A stretch of DNA of 63,054 nucleotides, filler included, from Sluysia triapertura (Eukaryota): assembly GCA_046118255.1 (NCBI GenBank). It is 5 parts of 5 records of this genome, joined end to end, with 100 filler letters (N's around TTAATTAATTAA, not from the genome) between each part and the next. Parts side by side here need not be neighbours in the genome. Positions count along the whole stretch, not along the records: positions 11,778 to 25,179 come from JBJNIA010042022.1; positions 25,280 to 37,348 come from JBJNIA010142278.1; 3 more parts are not named here. The stretch is one strand, 5' to 3'. The translations under genes were made by a program, and so were the position numbers. Numbering within the stretch: position 1 is the stretch's first letter; every line of letters starts with the position of its first letter. Positions 11,778-26,064 of the stretch are shown here, one piece after another. Under the pieces are notes generated by a model, which did no database searches, was not told where the DNA came from, and was given only the letters and a program-made list of their open reading frames with translations.

Positions 11778-13469
11778 CAAAATATACATAATTTATTTAA
11801 AATTTTCGACTTTAGATACTTAAAATTTCCGATAAAATTTTCGACTTTAGCCTTAACAATTTTTTCGATCGACTTTTACATTTTACAATACCGATAAATA
11901 AAATATTCAAATGTGTTAAAAGTTGGTTGTTAATGGCATATGGTATCTTTAATAATGAAATGGGATTCAAACAAGTTTCATCACACTTATAACTCTAAAC
12001 TTATTACTTGGTTTGCAGAAAAAACTGGTCGGAGACAAAATAGACTCAGCTTTCAATGAGAAGCGACTGTACTAATATATTTAAATTGACTTCCAATAAT
12101 GTATTCGGCCTTTTTAAATAACTCTAAATTCCAAATAATTTTTACATTCAAACAATAAGTCTAAACACCTTTGAGGAATAATAATAAACTTAGAGTAATA
12201 ATAGTAATATAATAATGTAATAATAATAATAAATTTATGGTCAATCAAATATTGTAATGTGTGACATTCTATAACTATTAAATAACAATTAATTCTTTTA
12301 CAAATAATTAAATTACGCATTTATAAACTAAAAACATTTCTTTGATTATTACTATTTTTAAATTACATTAATTAAATTAAAATTACATTAAATTATAAAA
12401 ACTAATTATATAAAAACATCATATTTTAACTTATAATTCAAAATGACGTGATATTGTTCATTAAATAACTAGAGTTCATTATTTTTGTTTTAATTTAATT
12501 AGGACTGTTCTCAGTCGGATAAATTTTCTGCACCGTTTTTGATTTTATCTTATGAAGACGATCAATAAATAAATGATAGTATAAAGGCCTTAAAAATCAT
12601 GAATTTTCATTATCCTTCTGAGAGTGTTTTTTGAAATAAAATTCTAGAATATTTACAATAAATTTCTCATGGGGAAATCAATGTTTTATAATACAAAATA
12701 TGTCTCATTTCGAAATAATAGTTGTTCGTAGGTGTTTTATTGTATACTATATAATATACATATACAATATAATATATACATCTGGTTCTACCTTTGTTAA
12801 AAGCCATCGAAATTCATAATGTTACGTTGTAATTTCATTCTTGTTTTTATTGAATAATACATTGAAGTCATTCAGTGGGAGTTTAATTATTGAGTAGGGC
12901 TGTTCCTGATGCACCGGTAAAATTTTTGAACAAGCATACCACCTTGATATTCTTTTTAATCATATCGTAAGTTTATGCATTATGCTTATGTTTTGTAGCT
13001 TAAGATATTAAAATCCACATAACATATAAAAACTGTATGGTAATTTAAATTTATTTTTAAAATCATGAAAATAAAATTAATAAATATTAAGCAAGTTTAA
13101 TATCGCGAACTAACAAATTATACTTATAATATTTATTTCATTTACTTTCAATCACGCAGTTCTACACATGTGTTATACATAATTTCATAATAGATTAGTT
13201 TTTGTTATTGCTGAATTTGTATATAGATGAATCGACTTACATAATCATAATACAATATAGATAGAAATGTCGCATTCTAAATTAATTTGAAGTTATTGAT
13301 AAAATACTGCATGGTTTCTCACTTGCTGCAGGGGACTGTACCAGTTTCATAGATTTTGCGATAAATATAAGTTTAACTTTCAAATAAAACATTAGTAACT
13401 CATCAAAATGTAACTATTATTTCATTAAGGTCGTATTGTAATCATCGAAAATGAAATATTTTAACAAAA

Positions 13470-13470
<1 letters not shown>

Positions 13471-13548
<78 letters not shown>
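13471..13548. repeat. (ATT)n microsatellite
   Basis: Direct. Confidence 0.97.
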
Positions 13549-15849
13549 TGGAATACAAATAATTTAAAGTTTAGTTATTTGAAAGATTAAATTCCTTCAT
13601 TGTGTATTTTCTAAGACTTGCAGAATAGTTCAACATATTTGTTTGGTGTGGCTCTATTATGAGGCAAATTTCGTGTTTTAATATTGAGGCTTATTAATTG
13701 AGAAACTTCAATATTGAAGGAAAGACGTACAATATGATTTATTATGAACAAAATGACAATATAACAAAGATGGCTTCTTAAGTAGAATGGAATAGGCATT
13801 GTGGCCATAGACAAAAATTTATTCCACAAAAAATAAATATATAATAACTGAAACTAAAACGTTTAATAAAGCGCTTAAGTAACAGATAAACTCCATGAGC
13901 ACAATCAGGATACGCCTAAAAACAAAAATATCGACAGTTAATTCTAAAAAAAGTAAATTTAGTAACCTCCGCTTAGTTAACATTTTGGACAACACGGCTG
14001 TACTTGTTTAGGAATAGGCATTGATTATCTAGTAACTGTCAAGATATTTGATTCTTATTTCTAAATTAAACATTTCTTAACACTTAATCTGCGGTAAAAT
14101 AGAATCAAACGACTTATGACGTAGAGTGGGCCTTCTCGTATGTGTCAAAATTGACAATAAATATAAACATAACTTAACTTGCTTACCGAGGATCTCTTTT
14201 TATGTCTAATTAAATTACTAAATAAGCAAATTCTCATGTGTAGAAACAAGATAATGATTTAAGATGATATTTGTTACAAAAATCAAATAACAAAACTTAA
14301 TACTTAATAAAAAGAATAAATTTCAATATTATTAAATCTTTTGCTAAAAGAGTGTAAGAATATCAAGCAATAAAATTAAAATTAAACCACTTATGGTATT
14401 TAAATTATAAAAAAGTTGGAACTGATTATATCTTTTGTAGATAATATAATTCATTATATATAAATGTGTAAATAAATTATATATAAATACGCGTAAATAA
14501 AGTTATTTTAGCAAAAATTATTAGCAGAAATTTAATAATTTTTAATTTTAATTTTATGATAATAGAAATTTAGAAATCTAATAATAAATATTTTCGTAAT
14601 TAAAAATTATATTATCTTAGAAAATTTTTCACATAAAATTTATCAAACCAGATTACATTTGTTTACAAAATTTATTCATATAAAATTAATTAGATTAATC
14701 ATATATTCGGCATAAATATTTGTCTTCAATAAAATAGTTTCATTCTCAACATAAAGCAAATTGTTTATATTTTTGTCACTGAAAAGGAATTAAAGTAGGT
14801 GGCTTAAAAAGAAAATAAAAAATTGATATAAAAATAATTCTAAACATTGATCGTGCAGACAATTATTTCGCGTCTTGTTATCAACAGTTTGGAAAACATT
14901 TATACGATCACAGGAGAACTTGACTATAAATTGACAATAGCAATTCTGATTATTCGAGAATTCGATTTTGATTGTCCTGTCGAGCAATATTCTTGCAAAA
15001 TTATTACATCTTATCGACTCAAATCCATGAATACGTAAGATGGCTTTTATTAAGTTTTAGTTTTAATCCTCAGCTATAAAATGCACGTAAAATCTATTCA
15101 CTCACATCCAAGCATTCTCCTGGATTAAAATCCTTTTTAAAATCACTTACAAATCTTTTAAATACAGGAGCAATTCTGTAACCGTTATACTATTATTTTT
15201 ATTATGTTTGTGTTTAATTGTAAGAAATTAAATTATTATTTTATTGTAATAATAAAAAATTAGTGTCTTCATTGTTGCATTTATTAATTAATATAAACGA
15301 AAAAGAACTGCAGGATAAGTAAATTTAGTCCGTATAATTCGTCATATAAGTCTAAAGTATAATTTTTTAATAAAGCAAAGAAAACATTTTACGAAGGTTA
15401 TTAACATTTTCATTAGTTATTAACATTACGTCTTCCTTGAGATACAAATCGTAAATCACAGGCGAACCCGTTTTTATTATTATAATTGTTGCTGCTAAAG
15501 GTAAAAAGTAGAACACTCCTAATAAATAAGGAATATGAGTGTATGAATTATATTAATTTTCGAAAAATTAATGTCACCTTAACAAAAATGACCTACGAAT
15601 GACTGGGACTTGAAAAATCAACGGGATTAAGTGAACACGACCAAGGAATAAAAGATTTCGATTGTCCGCTGAGATTGGAATGATGGCTACCACAGTTACG
15701 AGACTGAAATTACTAAAATCACAATACAATTCAAAATGGCGAATTACTGCTACTATTAAAAGTATGCGTAAAAAATGTATTGGAATAATGGCTGCTGTGA
15801 TTTAGTTGGAGCTATTTATATAAGTCAACAGCCAACCAAAAGCGAGTAG

Positions 15850-15955
15850 AATTCTAGAATGTTTTAGAACATTTTAGAAACTTCTTTTTCTATTTTCAAA
15901 AACGAATTTTCTTTTCTGGAAAATAAGATTTTAAAATGATTTTAGAGGGTTGTAC
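15850..15955 (+). repeat. ~100-bp repeat; second copy at about 17622-17715
   Basis: Shared tagaacatt...aaacgaattttctttt.tggaaaataagatttt.aaatgattttagagggtt. Confidence 0.85.
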
Positions 15956-18059
15956 TTCACATTTAACATTTAAGTCTTGCGAAATGCAATCATTATTAGG
16001 CATGCTTAAAGTCACTGTTTCAATTAGTATTCTATTTAGTCTTAATTCTAATAATAGTAGATTCACCCTTATTTTTGATTCATTTCCTAACTTATTCCTT
16101 AAAATTTTATCAAAATTAAAGTTAGAGGCTAGCTTCCAGCTCAGATTTATTCCAGTCTGAATACCGGATTATAAACATTATTATTATAGCTTTTACTTAT
16201 ATTACCATTGAGAATTTATGAATGCCACAGTTTAGAAGCTATATTAACGGAAATTGACACTCTTAACTAATAATGAGCTAAAGCAACACTTCATGCATAA
16301 CAATTGGATTAATAGAATGTACTTCCATTTTAACTGCACAATCTTAATAGGAGCACAGAAAGTTCAAGAACCAAGTAATTCATATTTCAGTATTATTGTT
16401 AACACTACTTTTCCAGAAATCATTATCTTTTCTTTCCACATTTCGGTGCTGTTTTTGAAATTCAAAATTATAAAAGCACATAAGGTATACATTTTTACAA
16501 TAATGATCTACAGGACACATCAAGTTAAAACAAACAACAAAACGAATAATCGTTTACTCTTTTCAAAATAAAATTTGATTTGATGTTTTTGAAATTCATT
16601 TAAATATTTAGAGGTCGAATATAAATATTTGATCTTTATGTAAATACAGAGATAGTCAGATGAATGATGGTTTCAACTAATATTTTCATATTGAAACAGG
16701 GAATCTTATTAATTCATCGAATAATAGTATTATAACTACATGGAATAATAAAGCAATGCATCAAGGACAAGATAACATGAGAGAGAAACTAACAAAAAGT
16801 GTTGTCCAGAAAGCAAGTAGTTTAAACAAATAATTATTTAATATCATCGAATAAATAAATAAATCGAAATGTTAGTGTAATTATTTATTAATTTTTGAAT
16901 ATTTACTCTTTAAATGATACAGTAAAACTCATCTTTCTTTCTTTCTTTAATGTGAAGAGAAAATTGATACATAAAATTTACTTTGAACTTCTCCAGTTTC
17001 TAATAATAACCATTTTTCGAATAACTACATTATATTATATTATATTATATCATTTTTATCTAATTCTAAATCTTGCATAAAATTATTATTGTGAACTACA
17101 AACAAAAATAGTAACGAATTAATAATTAAATTAATTTTTAAGATTCTTATTATTTACCAAAAAAGATTATCGATTTATCTGTATATTTTACAAGTGATAA
17201 AAATAAAAATAGTAAAAAATTTATTTTAAAAGTAAGAGTAAATTATGTCATGTTATTAAATGTTAATATTAAAAAATATCGAATCAAAATTCAATATAAA
17301 ATGTTTTAAACAATGATGAAAAATCTATTTTTAATTTTGTGACAATTTGAATGCCATAGAAATATTTTTTGGGCATAATTATTTGTACTAATGAATAACT
17401 AAATTAATATTTAAATTTGATAATGTAAGTTGTTCTTATCATCAGAAAGAGTTTATTTATTTAACGAATTAATAAAAACTTAAAATAATATCAAAATAAT
17501 GCGGTAGTCAAGGTAAAGCTAAATAATAAAGATGAATAAATAAATGACAATTTAAACTCTAAATCTATATAATTTTTCTTTAAAAATTTTACTAGTGTAA
17601 TATGATAATATACATCAGAGTATTCTAGAACATTACAGAAACTTTATTCTATTTTTGGAAACGAATTTTCTTTTTTGGAAAAATAAGATTTTTTAAATGA
17701 TTTTAGAGGGTTATGAATGGCATCTTTAAATGATCTAGAGGGTTGTGATAGCAGCCTGCAAATCTATGGAACTTAAATTGACATTAGATAATAATCCAAA
17801 AATTCAAAACAAATTCTTCATATCGAAATCATTTGTAACGAATCATAATGCTATATTCATTGTTTAATAATATTTTGCAAATTCTAATTTTAGTAAGAAT
17901 ACTTATATTTTAATTTCACCCTTAAAAGCTATCATCCAAAAAATTAACATTAATGGTATCATAGGTGAAATTTCATCCCAGTGTATATAAATATGTATAT
18001 GAATTCAATGTGTGAAGTCAAAATGTTATTTATTAAGAACTGCAGTAAACGTTTAAAAT

Positions 18060-19758
18060 TTATTATTTACAGTTATTATAAAAGATTCTGCGGTGATTTT
18101 TACAAACAACATTATTACACATTTTACATCTTATTATGTAATTTTATCGTTTCTCCTCGGACAAGTTCGACATCTTCCCTGCTAGATGTAGATGTGGGTG
18201 ATTAGGGATTGGTTTCTTCAGTTTTTTCATCCAGTGTTTCCAATATTCCTTTAATTTATGAGGAAAATTTGGAATTTTTAAACGCTTTTTTAAAAATGGT
18301 TGTATGAGAGCAAATCCTAAATCTAACAGATAATCTTGCCTTTTAATATTTCTGATTCCTCTTGTAGCGTTGCAGAATGCAAAAATAATATTGGAGTTTA
18401 TACCTGCTGCATTCAGTGTTTCATAAAATAGTGCTAGGGCCATCTCCTAGTTCGAAGATTTCATGAGTAGGTTTTGCAGAATTGATCAAAAGTATCAATT
18501 CCTCCTTTTGTTGAATTGTAATACTATATTACTTCTGGCTTACGACTGATCGATCATGTTTCCTAGATAAAAGAGTAACTGTACAAAACTAGTCAAGTGA
18601 AGATGAATTCCTGACAGTCAGTAATTCTTGCGGAATTTCCCGCTTATTAAAGTACCAACCATTGATCGTTATATTGTATTCCAAAAGCATTTTTGCAACT
18701 AGAGGTATTGATGTAAACCAATTGTCTACAGCGATTGACTAGTTAGTGCCATGAATAAGTTTCGATAAATTTTCTACAAAATAATCAACCAGCGGTAAAT
18801 TATTATGTTTGGTTGCCTTTCCAATCTATGAAATTCCAGAAACCAGATAATACGAATTTGAATCGCACATAAATACTAACTTAATTCCATATTTATCTGC
18901 TTTGTTCGGAATACACATCCTAAACATACTTTTCATCTGAAACATAGTAGTTACTCCTCGTCAATTGTACATTCACAAGAGGTTTTATGATTGTCATTAC
19001 AGTGATGAATAAATGTTTCCCGCAATGATCGCACGTGGATAAATGGATCTACACATTTACGAGCCTTTCTAGTGGAACGATCATTAAACTGTATACAATT
19101 TATTAGGAACTTAAACCTCTGAAGAAGAATTATATTGTTATAAACGTTTTAACCTGGTGAACTCCATATATATTCCATTTTCATGTGATTATCTTTTCTA
19201 GCTACAGCAATATAATTTCTATAATACTTGTTTTTTCATCCAAGAATTTTCACGTAAATAAATAATTGTCTCTCTATTTCTTGGTTTGTATAAATTGCAA
19301 TCATATTAAACATTTCCTCGTCCAAATATAAACACCAAACTTCTAGAGGTTCGTTTTTTGCCTATCTTTTGGTCCAATAATCGATTTTACGAAGTGTTGG
19401 AGATTGTATGAACAATTTACATTTATTTTTCCCGTTTAGTACATCTTGCCTAGGTGACAGGATGGATGTGCCTGGCTCTCTTTCTAGTAATCGACACATA
19501 TTGAGGAAGCTCATCCTCATCGGAACTAGAATTCATAATAGGAATTCTTTTATACTTCTTTATAGGCACTTCTTCATTAGTTACATTGTGGGTGTTTTCT
19601 GATATTTCACTCCTATCAAAATCTGTATAATCATCCTCCATATCATCTTCATCTACATTATCTCTCTCATCATAACTTCCACTATCATCATCCTCATATC
19701 TAAAATCATCCGTTCCTGCTAAAATTTATTGAATTTCTACTTTTTGCAAAGACATCAT
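18060..19758 (-). mobile_element. Degenerate piggyBac transposon (transposase pseudogene)
   Basis: Motifs occur in order on the minus strand: acidic N-terminus, RMCIPNKADKYGIKLVFMCDS, AVDNWFTSIPL, KPEVI..YNSTKGGIDTFDQ, RTRRWP, AGINSNII, and a Cys-rich C-terminus CKMCNNVVCKNH. Many stops and frameshifts; termini not resolved. Confidence 0.93.
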
Positions 19759-20531
19759 TTTATAAAATTATCTTCACGATATAGAAAATAAATATAACAC
19801 TTCTGGAAAAGAATATTTTCTTAGCTATTAAAAGTAATCCAAGAACAAAATAATTGACGATAGAAAACTATATGGAGGCATTTTAGTGAGAGTAGTAGAC
19901 AATGTTGTCTGATTATTTTAAAAAACATTACACGAAGCAAGTGTAAATCTTAGAATAAATAAAAATTAAAATCAAACTAAAATTTTCCATTAAAAAACGC
20001 AATTCGTGCGGTATAAATTATTTAATTTCTACTCTTAGTAAATCACTAAATGTATTAATTCTGTTGCGAGTTTATTGGTTTGGGTATTGAAAAGAAGGAT
20101 TCGAGACTTTAAAAGATTAGGTTTAAAAGATTTGCACTTCAAATCATCACACAAGAGACGATGACTCAAATTTCTAGAATAAATTCATATTTAAGCTAAT
20201 AAGAGAGTATCAAATAAATATATTTAAATAAATAAATCGCTTTTAAAAAGACAACTGCTTACAGTGGCACACCTTTGAATGAAAGAAATAGTAGAAAACA
20301 TTATATTGTGCTGTTAATATTCGTAGTTATTCAAAAAATAATCGTAACCAACTATTGAATGATCCGAGTAAAGTAAATTATGGATCCAACAAACATTACT
20401 TTTAGAGAAAAATAAAATATTATATGGGAAAATATGACACAGCTGTGCTCAATGATCTCGTATTAGTGATTATGTTGGGTACATTTTAGAATTTTGAAAA
20501 ATCAGCTAAATGTATTAAAGAGAAAACAAAC

Positions 20532-20705
20532 TTGAGTGGTTTGCGATATTTTCCAAGATTTTTTTCAGAAAAACTGAAGCTTCTTCGTGGTCGGAGTGTC
20601 CATTGTGTTCCTGAAGCACGGTGATGTTGTTCAGAAATAGCTGGAAGTGATTTTGAAGGAAGACTTGGTAAATCTGTATTTGGTGGGCCTGGTATTCCGT
20701 CTTAC
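20532..20705 (-). CDS. Probable next exon of the Hv-like gene (extended S1-S2 loop)
   Basis: Long polypyrimidine tract plus ttcag acceptor, phase compatible with the S1 exon, open for 57 codons (KTEYQAHQIQIYQVFLQNHFQLFLNNITVLQEHNGHSDHEEASVFLKKILENIANHS); donor position uncertain. Confidence 0.55.
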
Positions 20706-21019
20706 CTGAAACAGAAAGAAAATTTAGAGAGGACGAGGCAGTGAACAGCAGAAGAGCGAGAATAATAAATTATGGAACAGCAAGTATATGAGTTACTGTT
20801 CCACTTTGGAAGTTCAATGCAACTGGATCCAATTTAGTGTACATTATTAATAGGGTTTCGAAATTATATTCAGTTGCTCTTACTTCGACTTAAAGACATA
20901 TTTCCTTGAGAAGGGTTTATGTACAATATCTTTGAAGGTCATGGTCTACTTCGTGCATATCACTTCCATGTACATGAACTGGCAAACTCTTAAGGAGAAC
21001 TTCTACAAATAAGACTTAC

Positions 21020-21144
21020 TTTTCATAGAGTGTATCTCCAAAATAATTTCCGTAATAACAATGACAGCATCCACCAATATCAAAAGCGACAGAAACAACT
21101 GGACGACATTACCCCTGGTCACGTGGAGCAACTTTTCCTTGAAT
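21020..21144 (-). CDS. Voltage-gated proton channel (Hv/HVCN1-like voltage-sensor protein), S1 exon
   Basis: Exon bounded by ttgcag| and |gtaagt, encoding FKEKLLHVTRGNVVQLFLSLLILVDAVIVITEIILEIHSMK; aligns with Hv1 FR..[32 protein letters not shown] including the S1 Asp. Confidence 0.75.
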
Positions 21145-21158
21145 CTGCAAATAACAAA

Positions 21159-21176
21159 TTATTATTATTATTATTG

Positions 21177-21214
<38 letters not shown>
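21159..21214. repeat. (ATT)n microsatellite next to the Hv exon acceptor
   Basis: Direct. Confidence 0.95.
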
Positions 21215-21215
<1 letters not shown>

Positions 21216-21800
21216 GTGGTAGTGTGATATCCCAGTTATTCATGAATTCTCAACATATTCAATTACAAATATCCCATACATATTACAACCTCGCTATATT
21301 TTGTACACACGATAACATCTAAAATAAAATTATAAATATATATAAACAACGGGAATTAATCATATTAGTAATCTGTCGATACCGCTTCTCTTATCTGCAT
21401 TAACATCGTGTTATTATTGTATCTTTTCCTTTTATTTTATTATCTATTACTTTCCGAAATGATGGAAACCATCTGAGGAATAAGTCTATTACCTTGTGTA
21501 GGTAGAGAAATTTATCGCAATGAAAAGTATAACAAAAGTAATATCAATTAGACTGGATGTATCTACTAATAAAAATATGGACTACATGTTTAATTTAATA
21601 AGAGATAGCTCAAATATTGTTCAAGATGTTTCATCTCTGAAGTATTCTTTATATCCTGATAAAATAAATAACGATACAGATTATAATTCAGATATATATC
21701 CTTTTATGGATATTCACTACTTAGATGTAGAATGTATAAAAACAGTGAAACATTTTCAATAGCAATTTATAGGCACAAATACGATAATGTTAAGTATTTA

Positions 21801-21887
21801 ATAAAATCTGGTGCTGTTGCACGTTATCCTGATGGTACTATTGTGCATTATGGCTGTTATCGACATTTACCGAATTATAAGCCCTGA
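21801..21887 (+). pseudogene. Vps39/TGFBRAP1-like C-terminal fragment
   Basis: IKSGAVARYPDGTIVHYGCY resembles the Vps39 C-terminal SAFARYPNGVVVHYFC; upstream frame broken. Confidence 0.45.
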
Positions 21888-22789
21888 TTAGCTACATGAA
21901 ATATGTCTTTCCATTTGATTTGATTTAATAATTTATATTTTAATATAATGATGTTTCTTAAATGATTGTTGACCTGATAAAAATGATTTGTATTAATTTT
22001 ATTTCATAAATATAATTTATTTGCGTTCAATGGTAAATGGTTGAAGTAAACAGATTAATGTCAGTAATATCTAAATTCAAAGAAAGAATATATCAGAACA
22101 AGATTTTTATCCAACTTTTCGTTTTAACTACTTATGTATTATTATTATCCAAATGGGTTTGTGCAATATATTTTGTTTATATATTCAATTTAAACAGTTA
22201 TTATATGTTTTCGTTTGATAAAATTGCGTATAAACATTTTTTAAAAATATTACAGCTTGAAATTATATCAACAAGATATAACTTATCAATGCCCACAAGG
22301 ATTTTAAAGTCGATGAATTTTATTTTCAACAACAATATTATAATTCATTAATATTATCAATTAGTATATCGTTAAATTTATTGTTTGGTTTCGTTGCATT
22401 TATTCGTCAGAATCATTTTTGCATTGTCTATTTATTACTGCTGTACAAGTAAAAATATGCGCCATAAACATTAATGATAATTATCATACTACAAAATGAT
22501 AATTACCTGCACTACAAAATGGCAGGTGTAGATTTATTTGAATTCATTGAAATTAATGTTTGTTTAAATAATTGTTGTGTTGCTAAAATATTTTGTATTA
22601 ATAAAATGTTAAACTTTGTTATTGTTTTAAAATTGCTAAGTCTTACAGGCCTTAAGCCTGGTTTGTTAAAAGTTTCGAAATTAAAGTTAAATTGTTTTTA
22701 TTTAGCTAATTTTTTGAATTTTCTTAATACCAACTTAAAAATAAATAAAATAATCATAATTTATTAAAATTAAAGTTCACAAAACCCTC

Positions 22790-23420
22790 CACAACATGTA
22801 TACACAATTACAGTTTTAAGATAGCATTCATCGACGTAATTTTCCTTAATTAAGTTAATTAAGATTTTAAGTTAATTAAGATATTTTAACTTATTTTATT
22901 CTAAGTTTAAAGGTTATATAATTGTTAAATACTTTATAATATACTCAGGAGGCTCTAGGTGTTTTCATTTTCACACTCTGATTCCCTTTTTTTACTTTTT
23001 CACTTCAATTATTAATGCATTAAATTTATCTTTGATATTATGAACCATGATTTTAATTCTTGCATATTTCAAAAGTTCCAAACATTTTACAATGTTACTC
23101 GAATATCTCAACAGTTTAATAAGATAATAAATGTCTTCAAAGATTCCGAAAGATCAACAAGGTCTCAAATGATCCCAAGGTTCAGAAGTTCAAAGGTATC
23201 TTTCCAAACCTTACTTAAGTCTTTATAAGGTTCTCAATATTCTACAAAGGTGTTCTTCGGTATCAAAACGATTATAAACACTTCGCTGTTCATTATTCTT
23301 GCTCTAGGAATATTTAATTATATTTATATTATCATATTTGAGATATTTTATATCACTTTTCATTATATATTTTAAATTCTTTTGCCTTTTCATCTACTTT
23401 CTTACACTAACTGGACAATT
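22790..23420 (-). repeat. Dispersed repeat family R1 (partial copy)
   Basis: Reverse complement contains cctttgaacttctgaaccttgggatcatttgagacct and ggaatcagag..gtgaaa..gaaaacacctagagcctc, as at 43010-43225. Confidence 0.9.
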
Positions 23421-24589
23421 CGAACAGTATAACACTGATCATTTTTTATATATTCTTAATTTTTTTATCATTTTAATTAATTCATCTTTCATAAACAAGG
23501 TTTTTACACTACTCTTCTTCAAAAATTTGTTTTACCTTATTTATTATTTATTATTATTACTATTACTATTATTTTATTACTACTATTTTTACTACTATTA
23601 TTATATTTATTTTATTATTGTTAAATATAACAATATTAATAATAATATAATAATAATATTGTTAATATTATTATTCTCAAATTCAATTAATTTTTAATGA
23701 AACATCAAAGCATTTATGACTGAAAATAAGTAAAATTTTATTTCTAAATGTTTAAAATAAAAATAATAGGTAAATGACATTCCAGATTCCTTTAATGACA
23801 CATGAAGAATAAGAAAGACGAGCTATTTCACAATGTATAAACCAGACACTTGAAAATAACCATATATATCACCTATATTACTAATAAATCCGTATAGTCC
23901 TGATAATTCCTATAAAGAAAGACGAAAATTAAGTCTTTTATGTAAGCGGTTATCAATTTTTTTATACGAACGAATACTTAACCTTTATATGAACTCAGGT
24001 GATATTAATTATGCAAAAAACAAATAGTTTGTTTTCATTAATATTTGCATCATTTGTTAGAGGTGTTAATGCGGACGATGTTAAGTTGAATGAACTATTT
24101 AATGTTGATAAATGCACTATTATCACTACAGTTTTTCACATAATATTATTTTATACACGCAACCATATGTATATGTATTATGAGATAGAAATTAGTGAGC
24201 TTAAAAGATTACGATAATTTTAACGAATAAAGTCCAAAAGATATTTACATAGATATTTATATAAGTTTTCATTTATCACAAAGTAATTTAGGTTATTTCA
24301 TTTCCGATTTATTAAACGATTTTAAAGTTTACGTAGTTTACTCGAATTTAAATTATTAATTTGCGCAGTCCTCACTGATTATTAAAACGTTGCCGCCATG
24401 TATTATTTTACAGGAGCTCTTTGTATAGTGTCATTCTCTTAACGTTTTCGAAAGTTAAGAGTACTCGATTTAGATTAACTTTTGGTAGTTCAGGGTAATT
24501 TGTTGGTATTAATGAAGGGAAACAAATGTGTCGTGGCTCATGATAACAAAATAAAATAAAAATCATTGAATAATTAAGATAAGGTATTA

Positions 24590-25140
24590 TGATAAGCGTA
24601 TAAAATATTTGAATAAAGACAAAAGAATGAAAAAATACAAAGAAATAACCCTTTAGAAGGTTTTATTTGCTAAAATATTAAAGTATGTTTGTAAATGATT
24701 TTACTGAGGAAATTGCATTAGATGACGTAGGAAAATATTTTGTTAAAATGTTAACATAAGGAAACAGTATATGAATTCGCTTGTGCTTTTAAAAGTCTTA
24801 TGGTAAGGCAAAAGTTCCTGATTATAAAAAAGAAATAGTTGATAAATTAAAACTAGTTTACATCTAGATATAAGAATTTATGTTACTTTGATTGAGAATA
24901 AACCTTTTAAAGACATAATTAAAAAATTAAGAAGTATAGAAAAATTACTTAATGATGGTAGGGAGTGTATTAATTATGTAAGTGACAGTGAAGATAAGTG
25001 TAGAGATATACAAGTCAAACATTTATAAAGAATGATAATAAGAATAATTTTAATAATTACGATAGATATAATAATTCCATGTGTAATGATTCGCAAAATC
25101 ATAAAAGAAATGGTAACTCTTCTAAATGCGATAAAATATA
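24590..25140 (+). mobile_element. Degenerate Ty3/gypsy-type gag remnant (same family as 46054-46890)
   Basis: tatgaattcgcttgtgctt and ttttaaaga.ataattaa.aaattaagaagt.taga are shared with 46350-46505. Confidence 0.7.
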
Positions 25141-25142
25141 CG

Positions 25143-25179
<37 letters not shown>

Positions 25180-25279
25180 NNNNNNNNNNNNNNNNNNNNN
25201 NNNNNNNNNNNNNNNNNNNNNNNTTAATTAATTAANNNNNNNNNNNNNNNNNNNNNNNNNNNNNNNNNNNNNNNNNNNN
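25180..25279. other. Artificial contig-joining spacer
   Basis: Same 100-bp N/TTAATTAATTAA/N structure. Confidence 0.98.
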
Positions 25280-25687
25280 AAGTGTTGTGATTGTGTATTA
25301 TTGTTTTATGAGATGAATTGCGTAGTGTTTATAGTTGAAAAGTATGGTTGTCAGTAGGGTTATTTTTAGTAAGGTTTATTTTAATCTTGAGTTATAAAAG
25401 TTGGCCACTACATGTCGAACAAATTTATTTCTTTTGCATTTATTATTTTAGTACCGGTACTTGTAATTACTTCATCTTTATTGTTAAGTGCTGCCACTTG
25501 ACGTACTTGATTAAAATTGATTTTTTTAACTTCAAAAATATGTTCAGATCCATGTAGCATTTTCATTAGCACTTCTTCTTTTAGAGTTATGAATAATCTA
25601 TCTAACTCTGATTCGGATTCGTTAAGATTACTATTTATTTTTTTGAATAAATTTCAAAAGCTGACTTCATCGGTTTATAAACATTAT

Positions 25688-25990
25688 CTAAAATAAGGAA
25701 TTTGGTTCATTGATATCATCGTTTACATAGAAATGATCAGTATTATTTCCTTTAAAAACGCTAATGTGTTTTCCTACATCTTTAAATGAGAGACTAAAAT
25801 TGTTCAATTCGTATAAGGTTATATATTGTTCATCGTCTTTACTTTTCTTTGTATAATAGATATTCAAAACTAATGGTTTAAATATGTCGATTGTCTTCTT
25901 AAATTGACTGGTTGTATCTTCTATTTCGTTAAGGATTTTTGAAAATGAGTCTTCTGTTGTCTGCCGAAATTTTACTTTTAGTCTTGACAT
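25688..25990 (-). CDS. Hypothetical protein (possibly frameshifted, extending to about 25545)
   Basis: ATG-initiated 100-aa ORF with coding-like composition, just downstream of a twin inverted-repeat/CCAAT region; no recognised homology. Confidence 0.35.
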   Translation of the reverse strand: MSRLKVKFRQTTEDSFSKILNEIEDTTSQFKKTIDIFKPLVLNIYYTKKSKDDEQYITLYELNNFSLSFKDVGKHISVFKGNNTDHFYVNDDINEPNSLF

Positions 25991-26064
25991 TTAATTGAAA
26001 AACGCCTGTCTGGTAAAATTGTTATTGCCAGTATAATATTTTAATTGAGATCTTTTTTTAGACT

